Assembly: GCA_028023455.1 (NCBI GenBank)
Contig: JAQFVV010000004.1
Span: 15,810,001-15,874,000, forward strand
Length of the DNA: 64,000 bases
From: Epiperipatus broadwayi
Taxonomy: Eukaryota; Animalia; Onychophora
Direction: 5' to 3'
The position numbers and the translations under genes were made by a program. How positions within the stretch are numbered: the first letter of the stretch is position 1; each line of letters starts with the position of its first letter. This document shows, piece after piece, positions 1 through 14,879 of this stretch. Below the pieces are notes generated by a model. That model was given only the letters and a program-made list of their open reading frames with translations. It made no database searches and was not told where the DNA came from.

Positions 1-47
1 AATTTTTAGTAATTGACTGTTATGAACTATTACTGACCTATAGAAAA

Positions 48-141
48 GGGCACAATATATATATATATATAGCACAATATATATATATATATATTGCATA
101 TATATATATATATAGCACAATATATATATATATATATTGCA
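48..141. repeat. (AT)n microsatellite interrupted by repeated GCACAA units
   Basis: gcacaa(ta)n recurs three times, directly visible. Confidence 0.9.
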
Positions 142-2759
142 AATAGGATTAAGTCTTTATTATCTTTGGAATCACAGGGACCCTAGAGATTGTGAACAAG
201 CTAAATATACATGCTTAATTCATTTTCTTATTAAATAATTACACTAGGATAATCTACAAATGCCTTAAAGAGCAACTCTATAATGAAATCAATCATACAC
301 ACTGGTAATTTTCAGATTAAAATATCAGAAAAAAATATTTTCAGAAATTATTTAATGAAGTATAAAAGAATAAAAAAGTTTAGAAAATGATATCTGGACA
401 AACCCAAAGTTAATAAGAATTGATTAACCTTATCCATGCAATACACATAATTTCATATAATATTATTTTCTTCTAACTCCTCTTAATTAATTTACATTTA
501 ATTTAAATGAGTTATTTCCTACTGTAATCAATGTCTTATAAAACCTTTTCATAGTAATAAACAAAAAAAAATTTTTTCTCTTTTCCTTTTGAAAATAAAG
601 ATGTTACAATGTACTTTTAACAAAATAAAAAAAAAATTTTTCAATAAATTACTGTTGTCATACAGGTTAACACACATGGACATGAAGGATAACTAGAGGG
701 CTAGAAGCCTGGAACCAACCTATGCTAGACTAACTCATTCTCCTTTACTTCTCGATTGTTGGTGATAAATTATGCTTATGTAGTGAACACCTATCCAAAT
801 CATTGTTATTTACTATCCCTCCCACAGTGTTAAGATTATCATGGATGAATAATGCCAAGAGTAATCAATAATTTCCTAACAGTTTAAAATTTTACAAAAT
901 ATAACTCAGTAGAACACACATTTACAAATAACTTTTATTTTTTCAAACAGTATACAAATGATTCAGTCTATTTTCAAATTCACTAGAATATCTGTCCTTC
1001 TACCTCCATAAGGTCAATTAGGATACAATCTTACCAAAAAGTGAAGATAACTTTTCTCTAAATAAACTAAAAACATTCCTGAGAGGTATATGTGAATGTG
1101 AAATTTACCATTGAATCAGGACTACTAATTTTTAATCAAGGAGATATGGGAAAAACAGTCCTCCTACTCTTATGCTCCTCCTTAGTAATGAGACTGACTA
1201 AAGGAATGACACCACCAGGATGAACAACTGAGTTAAGTATATGATTAATTTAATTCATGATATATAACTTTTAACTTATCATAATTAGTCATTATTTTCA
1301 TCCGTTCAAGTCATGCATAAAACTAGTCTCCTCAATCAAATAAGTTTAAACTACAGGATTTACTAAATATTCTCCCCAAAAATCAAAAATTCTAATAATA
1401 AATTAAAATTAATGCAATAAAAAGTCTCTCCCTTAACTGAGATCATATATGTATCTGAATGTGTACAATTTAAATTATATTTACGTAATTATATAATTAT
1501 AATGAAATATGTAACCATAAACAGAGAGGTACAAAATTTCTAAAAATTTGTGTATTCCGAATGCACTAAATCATAAAATTAAAATTATATATTTTATAAC
1601 CTTAATTCACAATTTAATTAAAAATTAAAATTATATATTTTTATAAATAAATAGATAGAGAGAATTAAAAAACGAAAATTAATTAAGATTGCTGGTGCAG
1701 TTGAACTAAGATTGAATTCAATTAACACTGTAAAACATAATTAAAGAATTTTTAAAAAAAGAAAATGAAAACCATGGTTTGAAAATTACGTTCAAAATCA
1801 AGCAAAGTTTTGTAAAAATTTGCCCTTGCTTGACAAAAAGCTATAAAAGAGAGAGAAAAAGAGGAAAGCATATGATGCAAGATCCGTGGAGAGCTGAGAT
1901 ACAAATTGTCTGCATTGTATAAATTGAAAAAATTCAATTTTAGCTGTGGAAGTATTCTAGATTGTATCAGAAGGCCAAGCATTTTTCAATATTGACATGA
2001 ACGCAACCATTTAGAATGTCAAAATTATTTGGAAAAAAAAAGAGTAAACTATATTATATCTTTAAAATTATAACTTTTAGACTTTAAAAGCTTCCAAGAA
2101 ATATGGTATTTTAAGGTTAAATAAATCCTAATGGATAGATTTAACATTTAATTATTATAGAAAATGTTTAAGCATGATAGCTGAGTTTGTAAATATAAAT
2201 CCACCCAAAACTTTTCATTGATCATAAAATCTCTAAGCATATTTCTTTCTGATGGAAAAATATTTATGAATATAAATCTGTGTATTAATAGTCATTTTGT
2301 AATAATTATTGATAACTTTGGATTATTGTGGTTGTTGTAGTATTAAGTAGTATTTAATCCACTGGATGTATTAGTTTTAAATTAATATCCAAAGCTTTAG
2401 GTAGCTTTTTGGAAATATAATCTAAAGCAATCCATTAATCTACATTAATTTTATAATTCTGATCTGAAACTTTATGTTGACATAGCAAATATAAATTCCA
2501 AGCAAGTAATTTCTGGTTTGGTGAACAGACAAATAAATAATGCAGTTCAAATAAAAATGTATCATTCCATGAAGTACTATTAAAAGTTTTCATAGTTAAA
2601 ATTCAAATATTTACTTTTAATTCTTTTAAATTCATTATTGAATGATATTTGTTGTTAAACATCTATTCAGGACAATGTAGAGGAACATTGGTATTAATTA
2701 AAGAGATAAATATATATGGCCAATTTTGAATTTAAATCCTATGCAGTCCTTCTGCACAC

Positions 2760-2950
2760 AATTTAATATAATTATAATTATAAATATGTGACTTTTTTTG
2801 CATACGTTAGTGAAGCTATAATTATACTATAATGTGTAATATGTCTGCTTAGCGCTTTCGATATTTAATGTTCAAATCTCATACTCATAGCTTTACAAAT
2901 GAAGACTGTTGAAATTTATTGTACACATATGCAAATGAGTTTGAATTTTT
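2760..2950 (-). mobile_element. Solo Penelope-type pseudo-LTR (family E), second copy of 50520-50700
   Basis: Reverse complement is near-identical to the sequence following the GIY-YIG ORF at 50.5 kb. Confidence 0.85.
2847..2891 (-). ncRNA. Variant minimal type I hammerhead ribozyme (family E)
   Basis: GCU-AUGAGUA-U-GAGAUUU/gaacauu/AAAUAUC-GAAA-GCGC-UA-AGC on the minus strand; one mismatch in helix II. Confidence 0.55.
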
Positions 2951-2989
2951 AATTAGTTAATATAAAAAACTCACAATTTTTTAACACAT

Positions 2990-3064
2990 CGTACCCGCCT
3001 TGCAAGCAAGTAGTTGGTTGCAGACGGGTGTGGGTTCACATCCCGGCCGATGCTATGACATATG
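2990..3064 (+). mobile_element. 5'-truncated tRNA-Gly-derived SINE
   Basis: Shares gcaagcaagtagttggttgcagacgg...cccggccgatgctatgacatatg with copies at 10320 and 29937. Confidence 0.85.
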
Positions 3065-5182
3065 AAATTTTTTTTACCCAAAATACTTCAATTATTTGGA
3101 TTTTTACAGGAATATTTTGTCACTGTTGTTTAGAAACAATGGGAAGCAGGTGATATTTTAAAAAATTTTTAAGTCTATAGCTTCAAAATTTGTGATTTTA
3201 TTTATTAAAAATTTTAGACAAATATTCTTTTAAAATATTAAATACCAGATTACATTAATTAATGATTAAAATAAAATAAATACATATTATTGTTTTATAA
3301 AATAAATTACTTAGACTATTAAATTATTAAATGATTTTTTTTTCTTTTCAAATTTGTTTTTTTTTAAAGTTCCCATCATACTTAATATTAAATCTAATTA
3401 TTATTACTCTGATAATAAATTTATTAAAACATTTTATGATTATACTTTTAATTTTAAAATACATTCAACCACATAAAACATTCACGCATGCTCACACATG
3501 TTTGAATATTATGTTAAAACTTTATATTATTAAGTATATTTTTAAATCATCTAGCTAAAATAACAATTATTATTATATCCAAAAATATTTTTAAATATTT
3601 TATTCCTGTTGTAGTTAATGTTATATCTTTTTATTTTGACTATTATTCTTTCAACTTAACTTTACATGCATGTGTTTCTTTTTCAATGAAATTTTAATCA
3701 TGATAAAAAAAAATTTGATACATATGATTTCTTAAGATGCTGTGTATTTATAAATCTGCATGAGAAGACATCTTGGATCATTTTAATAATTTGCTTCAGT
3801 AAGTAAAAGAATCAATAATATTAATATCACTTCCAATTATTTTATTTACAATAGTAGTAACAGTAATAATTAATAATATTTCCTTTATTAATAAGTCAAT
3901 AAAAAATTTTAGAATATATCATTGTAACAATTTTGTCATTAAAATATTATAATATATATATATAAGAATAAAAATGTAATTATATCAATGTAAACAGAGA
4001 TAACTTTTAGCTTTCAATAATTTTTTAAAGAATTCTTTATTGTCTTCTTTATTTTTTCAAAGATTCATTGTCCAGATAAAATTTCTTTAAAATGCTGTGG
4101 CATTTATGAAATACCATGCCAGAATTATCAGTTTTTGTACATCGAGTAGACCAATCATAGAAACAATATCAGAAATAAATCTATTTTTGCTTTCAGGAGG
4201 ACTATAATTTTTCAATTGTTTATTGTCATACTGTATTCACAAAACATGATATCAATATATATACAACAAACTTTTAAAAACATTTTTTGTTGTTTAATAT
4301 AATGTTGAAGTTTTTATAATAATACAATAAATACCTATATAGTTAATTGCAAACAAAAATGTTATAAATACTTTGTTTTCATATACTATTATAACAATTT
4401 TGAGTAAATTAATAATTTCAACAATATGATTATAAATGTAGTAATTATGCAGGGGCATTTACAATGAATTAAATAAAAACAATAAATATCAGTAGAGCAA
4501 TTCTTTAAGTATGCAACAGCTACTAAGACAGGCTATGCACTTATCAAAAACTATGAATGATGATAATTATGCCCAAGTAATATTTATATCAAACAGCCTT
4601 TAAATAATCTATTGTAAAGCAAAAATCTTTTCAACTGTTCTCCACAGAAGATCAAGGAAGAAGAAGGCATGACTTTTTCGAATTTCCAAATGCAGATTAG
4701 AAAGAATTCAGAATTGAAAAAATTTCTAGGTTTTAGCCAGCTTGGATATCTCCAAGTCCTGGCTGTGAAACCATTATGCAAAGAGACTTATTTGCTATAT
4801 AATATCTCAAATATTGAAAACATACATTAAACGAAAAAAGCAAAAAAACAACAACAACTATATTTCAACCTGTAAAAGTTATCTCTAGAGTTCTGAGGTT
4901 ATAATTTGTAGAGAGAAGTTAACTAGGAATGATGGGAAGGTTAAAGAAAAGATAATGGAAAATATATTTATTTATATATTTAATGAGGACTACTGCTGAT
5001 AAATTTTATAAGCACGTATATACATGCTTGTGTATGTTTACTATTTTGTTTTTTTAACAGTTTTATAGTTAAAAAATATAATTATTGCCATAAAATGAAG
5101 TTTCTAATTGATATGGTAATGTTAGAAAGTAGGTTGTTTTGAAAGTTATAAAATAAATTTCGACATTCAATACTTTAAGCAG

Positions 5183-5270
5183 AAGTTTTCTGATATTATC
5201 ATTTGACCATCAAGGACAAGAAACTGTTTCTAAAGGCATATTAGAAGTAATCCGCATCAGAAACTTTATG
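5183..5270 (+). CDS. Candidate internal exon (SFLILSFDHQGQETVSKGILEVIRIRNFM), product unknown
   Basis: AG acceptor, strong ATG|GTGAGT donor, one open frame; no homology recognised. Confidence 0.25.
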
Positions 5271-6270
5271 GTGAGTTATAAGCACGGAGACCCAGACTTA
5301 GTTAATTTTTCTATCTCCTCATCTCGGGAGGGATAGCAATTTACAAGAAACAAGCTTCATTTTCAAGAAAATAGTTGTGAAGTTGAAGTAAAACCTCAAA
5401 GATGAAGTGGTTTTAATTCCCAGTAGACATTCTCAACAATTATTACTTTGTCAGCCTAAGAGAATTGGTCAATTGAATGCCTGCCTTTGCTAACATCATC
5501 AACAGAAAAATCGCCTTTTATCTCTGTGATAAGAAACTAATTGTAATAAACAAAATTTTCAAAATTTTATTAAGTAAAAAAGATGATTGGGGGAATAGGA
5601 AAATTATAATTATAGGTGATAAATGTATTAAAAAGTTATTAGCTAGTAGAATATAAAATCTTAATTATAAAATGCATGTAAGATCTTTCTAATCAGTTAA
5701 AGTTATATTTTTAAACTGTTAAACATAATATAACAAAATGTTTATGACAATTACAAAATAAAGATAGGCAAAATATTAAAAAAAAAAAAACGAAAATGTA
5801 TAACTTAATAAAGATTTAATAAACAATATACTAAGAAAATTGATTAGAAAAAAAAAATTAAGAATTTGAAAATTATAAAAAGAAATAAATTCCTAGCTCA
5901 TAAAAGCTAATTAAGATCATAATTGGGTAATCTCAACATTATAAGCACGCACACAATAGGCATTCATGATAAATGTATATTTATGTGCATTATTTAACAT
6001 GTGTAGTTTTTAAATAATTTGCACGATTGCAAGTGCGTGTGTGTGGGTACATGCATGTATGCGTACGTGTATATATTTTCTTTACAAATCACTTTTTTTC
6101 CTAACAGTTTAATTATTATAATGAAATCATAGAAGGAAATTTATAGTTGTACTAATTTTATAAATATCACTGATTTTTAAAGAATAACTGAGATGTGGAA
6201 TCGTAGAATGTCAAAACTCTTAAATGAAGTTTTTATAAATGTACATGAATTTTTATTACTTTTTTTTTTC

Positions 6271-6367
6271 TCATGTGTCATAGCTTCAGCCGGGAAGCAA
6301 ACCCGCTAACCCGGGACAACTGCTTGTAAAGCAGCTATCGCTGACCTCTCGACCACCATTGCTTGAC
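6271..6367 (-). mobile_element. tRNA-Gly-derived SINE
   Basis: A box tggtcgagagg, B-box-like gggtttgcttcccgg, 3' ctatgaca; TACTTTTTTTT on both flanks. Confidence 0.8.
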
Positions 6368-8279
6368 TACTTTTTTTTAATTATAATTTTTACTTTTAAT
6401 GTAATTGTTAAAAACCTTTGCAATAATTGTATTGAAGTTTATACTACTGTGCATTATTGATTTAGAAATACTAGTTCAAAGTAGATGATAACTTTCTTGC
6501 TAAAGAAACCAAGAAAGAGACTGAATGCACAAATTACATGCATTAATTTAATTATTAACCAAATATCTTTAAAAGCAAATCATGTTAAAATCAATTTTAG
6601 ATCAAATTATATGTTAATCAAAATCGTGATTTGACACAGTTGGTAGAGGTTCCGACTTGGGAATCTGGAGATTCTAGGATTCACTCTGGAGCTCAAACTT
6701 CTTATGAACAGAGCAATAAAACCATAAACCTTTATATTATAATGATCTGACTGGCACACGGACATTTGTGGTTTGTTTGCGACCATCTGTTGTCTAAAAA
6801 TATTTTTAGATTTATCATTTTTATTATATATTATTAATCATTTGGATATATTGATTATTTATTAACATTTATTAGTTATTACATTTTATTATTTTACTTT
6901 ACAAAATTGGCTTTCTTATTTAACACCTCTGGCATCAGATCACACATTCAAGCAGAGGGGTAGAATACCATTGACAGATTAACCAACAATGAAACCTATG
7001 GCCAAATCGAGGTTTACAAATGGTCAACCTTGACCATCTTTCCTGACAATAGTATCCCTCCATACTTCTGGGCCACAACCTGCCATCCAAAGCCTTTTAT
7101 TTGTTTTGAGAACCAGTCTCAGGCACCATCCAGCCATATATGTTATATATAGCCAATATGCCTGGATGACAGACACATGATCCCAGTGCTTGAAATATAC
7201 CCAAGATAACTCATAATCTTGATCAGAGGACTGCACATAGCACTAATTTCATATGGAAATATTTATAACTTTTAAATTACTGGTAATGCAGTTAAAATAA
7301 AGAGTATAGACCAAGCAACATTTTAAGCAAACGTTTATTATTATTAATACACATACATATTTAAATAATTATAAAAGTACAATTTAACATAAAAGAATAA
7401 ATATGTATCCATTGTTATAAAATCAAAATTATTGTTTGTTCTTCATTTATAGTTCATTTCACTGTAAGAAAAATAAATGTGTAGACATTTACAATTGAAA
7501 AAGTATATTTATCTAAGTTTTTCCTGATATCAAGATGAAACATTTCCATTGTTTTTGTTTTCTAACTGGTTGATCTTTTGGTCTCCATTGATGACTTCAT
7601 GGTTTCTTTCCATACCTCTGACAATAATGGGAGAGTGTGTGTGCTAGTATCTATATTATGGATGAGACATTGATTTCAGATGAGAACAGTTCTTGGAGCC
7701 AAGGACCCAGGGCATCAAGCCCAGTTGAACACTCCAAAGTTCTCTAGCAATGCATGTTGCTACTTCTGCGGCTTCTATATTTATATTTTCTGATTAACTG
7801 AAGAGCTGAAAAAACTCTGTGATTAATGTGCTGCAACTTCAACTGGAATTCAAATGAAACTTAAGTGAAACTTCAACTGAAACTTGAATGAAACTGGAAA
7901 CAATTTATTTTAAAATTTTGTGAGAAGAATTTTTTTTTATTCTATTTTTTTAATTTGAAATTTATTTAATTTCATTCTGATTTTAATGTTTTTGAATGCT
8001 AAATCAAATATATATATATATATATTTAATATTTGGGGAATACTCAGTTATATATTTTACTATGATAATATTTTAAAACATATATTGTAATATGCTTTCA
8101 TTACACACTGAAGAATATAATTAACAATTTAAATAAGAGTGAAAATTGATTAAATGTTAGATAAATATAAAAAGCTAGAATTAATAAACCAGCATGTTGA
8201 AACAATATTGCAGTTCCAAAAAAAAAAACACATCCTGAGAGATTGAATTTCCATTTGCCAAAAGATTATAAATTTAATA

Positions 8280-9720
8280 GTGATAGCTAGATATTTTTAT
8301 TTTTGATGCAACCAATATGAGGCTGTGATTTTAGAAGAGAATACCCTCTGAGAGATGCAATATTAATATTTTTGGATGCTCAAAATAGAGCTAAATTATT
8401 ATAAACTGGAGAATGAACAACACAGAATAAAGAAAGAAAAGCATAATAGCTGATTGGGTGATAAAAGAGAAGAGCAGAGACATTTCTTTATGGAATTGTT
8501 TATGGAAGAATAGTTCTATTGATATTCATTGAGTATACAAAAATGTTAAGGAGCAAATAGAAAAGAATGAGACTAACAAGTATGGATATGATAATAATAA
8601 TAAGAATTGCACAAATCCAGAACCTGAGAATGTGTTATGGGAAAAAAGTCTTGAAGAAACATTTGAAGAGTCAGACATTATAATAAGAAAAGATAAGCAT
8701 TCGTAGAAGTCTCAAAAGAAAAGAGAACAGTCACTCTTTATGTAGATAATTTGTCACTTAATAAAAAGAAATAAAAGAATTTCAGGAGAAAATGGAAAAG
8801 AGACATTAGAAGGAGAAAGAGAATCAGCAGAAAATAGGAGTAACTTTCCAGAAATGGGAAGAAGAGAATTGGCAGGAAAAAGCAGAAAACTAGAATGGCA
8901 AAAAGGCATCAGAAAATGGAGAACATAAAAAGTGGTTAAAATGAGATCAATATGACAAGAAGATGAGAAAACTAGAGATTATATAAGTGATAGGATCCCA
9001 TAGAGAGGAATGTAGATAAAGCAACAAGAATATGACAGATGTTGAAAGTATTGGAGATAATAAAGCAAATATAAAGGAAGTTATAATAATCTGAGCAAAG
9101 CTTTGTAGTGAAAAAACAAATGAGAGTTTTAGTTTAAATCAAGAACTTAAAACAGATATGATAATTGAGACAAAAGTTTGTATTGCTGTCATACAGGAGA
9201 AAAGTCAGTTTCAGAGATATGGGATGGTGGAAGATTTTATAATTGCGAATGTGCTAGAGTCTATTGATGAGAGTAAATGTAAAGAAAATTGTGAGGTCTA
9301 GTCAAAAGCCAGAATAACAAGGATTAGTAGAATCCTAATAAGCACCATGCTAGATAAAGCTCAACTTGAGGCAATGTTGAAGCAAGAAGGAAAAGATTAT
9401 CATAATGTTGGTAAATAGATTATTTAGTGATGTCTCTGAAACTTCATCAGTTGAACTACAGGAAAATATTGGTAATGAATGAGCAAATCAAATACCAGTA
9501 AAGTAGCTAATGCTACAAATCTATATAATAAAGATGTAGAAACTATAAATAAAATTAATTTGGAGAGTGCTCTCATAGGTAAAAATAATGTAACTAGATA
9601 GTTGTTTAAATGAAGAAGTAATGTCTATTCAAAAAGTATAAAATAATGTAAAATGTATTGATGATGGACTGAATAGACAAATCATTTGTGTAAGTATTAA
9701 GGTAGGCATTACAAACTATG
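8280..9720 (+). mobile_element. Highly decayed purine-rich LINE-like fragment
   Basis: Strong A/G skew and broken frames resembling the LINE at 61-64 kb; no diagnostic motif recovered. Confidence 0.35.
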
Positions 9721-10319
9721 ACCCCAGAAGTCCAACTATAATGTGACAAATTGGTCTCATGGCACACATAGTGTGTGTGCACATATATATTTAAAGTTAA
9801 AAGGGAAAGTAGAAATGAACAAAGACAAAATTAGATATATATTTATAAAAACCTGATTGAATCATAATGTTGATTAATGTTTTTGAAAATGCTACATATT
9901 ATTTAAAGTCAATCATTAAAAAAAAAAGGTCTTTATTTAATATATTTTAGTTTATTTAATATTTTCTTTGGATAAAAATCTAGTGCATGGTTGTTTTTCA
10001 TTTCATAATATATATTAATTATAGAATTCTAATATATATTTTACTTGGACTAAATAAAAAAACATTTTCTTAATAGAAAAATAATTATCTTGGGGGTTTT
10101 TTTTTTATTGATCAAGATGAAAAGTGCTTATATTAACCTGTTGTTAGATTCCCTTGCATGTCTATAAATAGTGAGTACAGGTGAACTGGTTATTGTTAAA
10201 TTATTAGACTACAGAGAGTGCAGAAAGGCGGCTGATAGTTTACTATTTGTCAATTTCAAGTTCTAGAGAAGTAGATGATGTGGCTTCTCCACAAATTCAT
10301 AACCCAAAATATGAGATAA

Positions 10320-10420
10320 GTCTTGCGTTGTTAGCCGAGAGGTATCGCAGCCGCCATGCAAGCAAGTAGTTGGTTGCAGACGGTTGTGGGTTCGCGTCCC
10401 GGCCGATGCTATGACATATG
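10320..10420 (+). mobile_element. Full-length tRNA-Gly-derived SINE with 14-bp TSD
   Basis: TSD AAAATATGAGATAA at 10306-10319 and 10421-10434; tRNA-like body with B box GGTTCGCGTCCC. Confidence 0.9.
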
Positions 10421-11415
10421 AAAATATGAGATAATAGATTGTTTCCCTAGCTGCCTATCAAATTATAGAAGCTAAATATAATTGAAAACCACCAATGTTG
10501 ATCATATATGTTTTACCCTGAACATGACAATAAAAAAAAATAAAAAAACAGCTTACAACTTCAGTGCTATATTTTATACGTACATTACTTTATATATTGT
10601 AACCTTACATTTTACCACAGGAATTAATAGATATAGCCATAAACAGTAAAAAAAATATTCGCTTTTCCTTGTTAAACGAATTAAATTTGTGGGTATTATG
10701 GAAGGCGGGATGGTTAAAAAATAGAATTAAAATGTCTCTTATAAATACTACCTAGTGGAGTAGATTAGTAAAAAAATTATTCAAAACGTTTTTCAAACGG
10801 ATTTTGTTAATTATCGTGTATCAAAAATGCATGCACATCGATTGTTTTCCATTTCAAAAAAGCGCAATTAATTTTCTTTACATATATGAAAACATAAATC
10901 ACTCAAATATGAAAACAAATAACTCAAATATAAAAATGAGATTATAGGGACATACACAAGATAGGAGGCAGCAGACCAACTACAACAAAACATAATAACA
11001 AAACCATTAGTCCAATAATTGTATTACAAAAAAATAAATCAATATTGCCGTCAGTGAGTATAGTAGTTTAACATTACTTTAAAACGTGTGTGTGTGCTTG
11101 AAATTTCTTTGTTAAAAATATAACCAATTTGAAAAGTTATAAGTATAAAGCAATTAAATGAATTTATTTTATTGAATATTACCAGTCAACTAATAGATTA
11201 TTTGACAAATTTATTAATTAAAATTTTGAGAACTTTAAAATTTCATAAAAAAACTAATTATTATCGTTTAACTTTCCAATGTTAAAAATTATTTACACAA
11301 TCGTATACTTTATTGATAATGAATATTCTAAAATATTGCATAATATTAAAAAGGTAATATTTAACTTCCATTTTTAAACTATGTATCAAAAATTGGTGCT
11401 TTTTAGACTCTACAG

Positions 11416-11492
11416 ATGCTCAAATTCTCCTGCTTCCAAGGAAAAGTGAAGAACTTCAGTTAATATTGGACGATATCACACACCACATGATG
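11416..11492 (+). CDS. Candidate exon (AQILLLPRKSEELQLILDDITHHMM or 5'UTR/start exon), product unknown
   Basis: ctacag acceptor and ATG|GTAAGT donor; one open frame. Confidence 0.3.
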
Positions 11493-11885
11493 GTAAGTTA
11501 TAAAGTAAATCCTTGTCAAAATTTAAGTAGACTTTTCCAAATTACAGTGCACAAACAATGCTGCTAGCTTTAAATCTAAAAATAGCCATTTTGTTAGTCT
11601 TTTTTTAACATGAAGGAGTAGAGATATTAGACATTTTGTTTATTGGCAAAATGTTTTTTTTCTCATCCACCTAAATGGATAAATTGTGACAGCAATTATA
11701 ATTATCACTGAATATTATTCAAAAAGAAACAAAATTTTAATATTTTAAGTCTTTGATGGTATTTCAAAATCGCTTATGGAATGTTATTACACATAACAAT
11801 AATCTTCCATTATCATTCATCTCTTTCTTAAAAATGGATTAGCTTGTTGGAAATAATACTTGCTACATCTCCCTATGGACTTTTT

Positions 11886-11961
11886 AAATATTATAAATCT
11901 CATATTAATTTATGGATTAACTTAAATATTATAAATCTCATATTAATTCATGGATTAACTT
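11886..11961. repeat. 38-bp tandem duplication
   Basis: aaatattataaatctcatattaattYatggattaactt occurs twice in tandem. Confidence 0.85.
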
Positions 11962-12205
11962 ATTGTAATTATGCATATAAAACTGCTTAAAATCATAATG
12001 AAGATTATTTAAACTGATTCAAGTCAATGGATTACCTCGTCTTTGCTGGGTCTTATAATTTATTTAAAATAACCTAAACTGTAACTGGATAGATTCAAAT
12101 TGCTCAAACAAATGGATTATCCAATTTCTGTATTTTCTAATGGATTAAATGATTAATTTGAAAGAATGATACCTGCCAACATCTACCTAAGGATAATAGA
12201 TTTAT

Positions 12206-12490
12206 ATTTGTATTTTTATATTGGACTATTTCCATCATATAATGTGTATTGAATGTCTTTAGAAAAATTTAACTTTATTTAAATATTCCAAATACATTCA
12301 AGTATTAGTAATAGCAATTCAAACAGTTTAGTATATGCACAACATTTCAAAAGGTATTTTTCTCCCCTCTTGGAATATTTAAATAAAGTTAAATTTTTTT
12401 AAAGAAATTCAACACACATATTAGATGATGGAAATAGTCCAATATAAAAATACAATTAGAACACTGTCATCACAAACCTTCAGGAAAACA
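12206..12490. mobile_element. Fold-back pseudo-LTR element, family F
   Basis: Arms about 12206-12291 and 12370-12458 are inverted; same sequence at 56185-56335 (-) and 59500-59710 (+). Confidence 0.8.
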
Positions 12491-12825
12491 CATAATAGAT
12501 TTATAATTTTTAGCATTATATCTTTGAAAATAATGCTAAAGATTTTTATTAGTTGTAGATAACATTTCTAAATGGATTAATTGCCACTATGACACAAGCC
12601 ATAATAGGAATAATAATTGTGACTTAGTGAAAATCCTTTGAAATCATATTATTGATCTATGTTACAAATTTCAACTTTCGAATATGAATTTAGTGTTAAG
12701 TGCATATTATAATTTTTTTTAAAAAGGGGAATTTTCTTGAATAGTAAATAGAACCATGGATTACTAGTTAAAGAAGATTATACAGTGACTTTTATTTTTG
12801 ATTTGTTTAAATTATTTGATTTTTT

Positions 12826-12857
12826 TATCATTATCATCATCATCATCATCATCATCA

Positions 12858-12951
<94 letters not shown>
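12826..12951. repeat. Compound (ATC)n(ATT)n microsatellite
   Basis: Directly visible. Confidence 0.97.
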
Positions 12952-12954
<3 letters not shown>

Positions 12955-14879
12955 GATAAAGTTCTCAAAATAAACTGGTAGAACAAAGGTATAGGTAATT
13001 ACCTTAGACTAATAGTATAATTGGGTATAAGGGTAATGTATGTTATATTATATGTATTTGGAGATGATGTATGAAGTTCAAAATAATGTAAATCTTCCAT
13101 AAACCCATTCATGTTTAATTCATTATATGTTTTATTGGTCCTTTATTTCATTCTCATGTTTTAACCATGGAAATTTTACTTTTCTCTGAGCCCAGAAAAG
13201 AGTGTATATGATCTTGTAAATGCTAGATTATACAGCAAAGCAATCTCATAGAATGATCATAGCACCATGAGTTGGTTTAGATAGACTCCTAATCATACAC
13301 TAAAAATTTTAAAAGATAATGTAAGCTATAAAGCATAGCCAGTTATGCCATTAAGACATATAATTGTCAGATTTTATGAAGTTATATTAATTGTAGAGAA
13401 TTAATACTATTACTGGGAGAATGATTTACCTGTTCTAAATAGAATTAAGGAATTAGATGGATACCTATAAATGAGGGTTAATACTATGCCAACTATTATT
13501 GTAACAGTATAAAATGACATGATAAAACATTTCCATATCCATCTTTAATTAAAATGAGGTAGTGGATGAATATTGTACATCCTCTCCAATAGAGTGTCTT
13601 ATTATGTACATAACTTTCTTGATGATACATGCAATCACAACCCAATTTTAAAAATCTTTAGAAAAACAAACCAATACGATGTTAAAATATTATATAAACT
13701 TTTAATAAAGAGTATGTTTTGTTGTTTATTAATAATTTTGTTTATATAGTCATTCGTTAATAACAAATTGTTATTTATGGTATGGTTGTTTGTCATTGAT
13801 TAAAATCATCATCATTAACATGTTATCTGAATAAACTAGGTCATAGTACTATCTAGGTCATACTTCTATTTTTTAAAATGCAATCTTTTATTGACTTTTT
13901 TTTACCATTGATTGCTCCCATCTTTAGCTGAAACACAGAATTCAATAATGTACACCAAAATTACCTTAATCATATTCAGTAGAGACATAATTCTTCTAAA
14001 TAATAATTGACTACATTTTATTAAGAACCCTGAGATAAATAATCGGCTTAATAATACATGTAATACGGGAATAAACGAGTTAAATTAAATTGCTAGCCTT
14101 ATATCAATAAACATACTTGTTTGTATTAAAATAATTCTTTACCCTTTGCACAGTGCTATTACACAAAAGAATATAATAGGATTATATTATGAATCTATTT
14201 TAGTATCATGAAATGCTTATTATTATTACAATCACATATAGCATTAGATTATAGAATAGTTATTTATTATTATATTTATCAAATGGATAAATAAATATGT
14301 ATTCATCTTAGCTTATTTTTATAGAGTCTATGTCTGATAGCAAGCACATTGAATATAAACATACTTTTCTCAACCAAAATTCTCTTGCTCATCTCTAATG
14401 TGGCCCAGTCATGAATTACAATATATATACTGTCATATGCAATATCTATTTCCAAATAAAGTTATGGAGTAAAAATGGAAAAATTGGCTAGTAAATAAAA
14501 ATATATTAATAATGACATATTATTTAGACATTAGCTTTTCAGTTTTCAAAAATCTATTTTTATGTATTTCAATGCTGATTTTTTGTTCATACTTATTGAT
14601 GTCAATATTGTGAGGATAATGATTTCTATCACTCTATATAGCACATTATTATATACCACTACAAATGACACAACCATATGACTTAAATAGTGTCTCAATA
14701 TATCCTTTTTTTTACATACAATTACAATGAATAATTAGATAATTTAAGGGAGAAAGTCTATTGCCAGCATTATGAAAAAAATACCCGACAAAGCAGAACA
14801 TATGAATAAAATTGAAAATTCCAGGAATATTGTAATCAAAAACTTTTTCTAAACTTAGAAGAACTATAAAAAAACAATA

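Noticed and set aside
6940-7860. GC-richer coding-like blocks (also 4020-4800, 17140-17420, 42660-42830)
   Set aside because: Stops in all frames and no recognisable motif; probably decayed TEs
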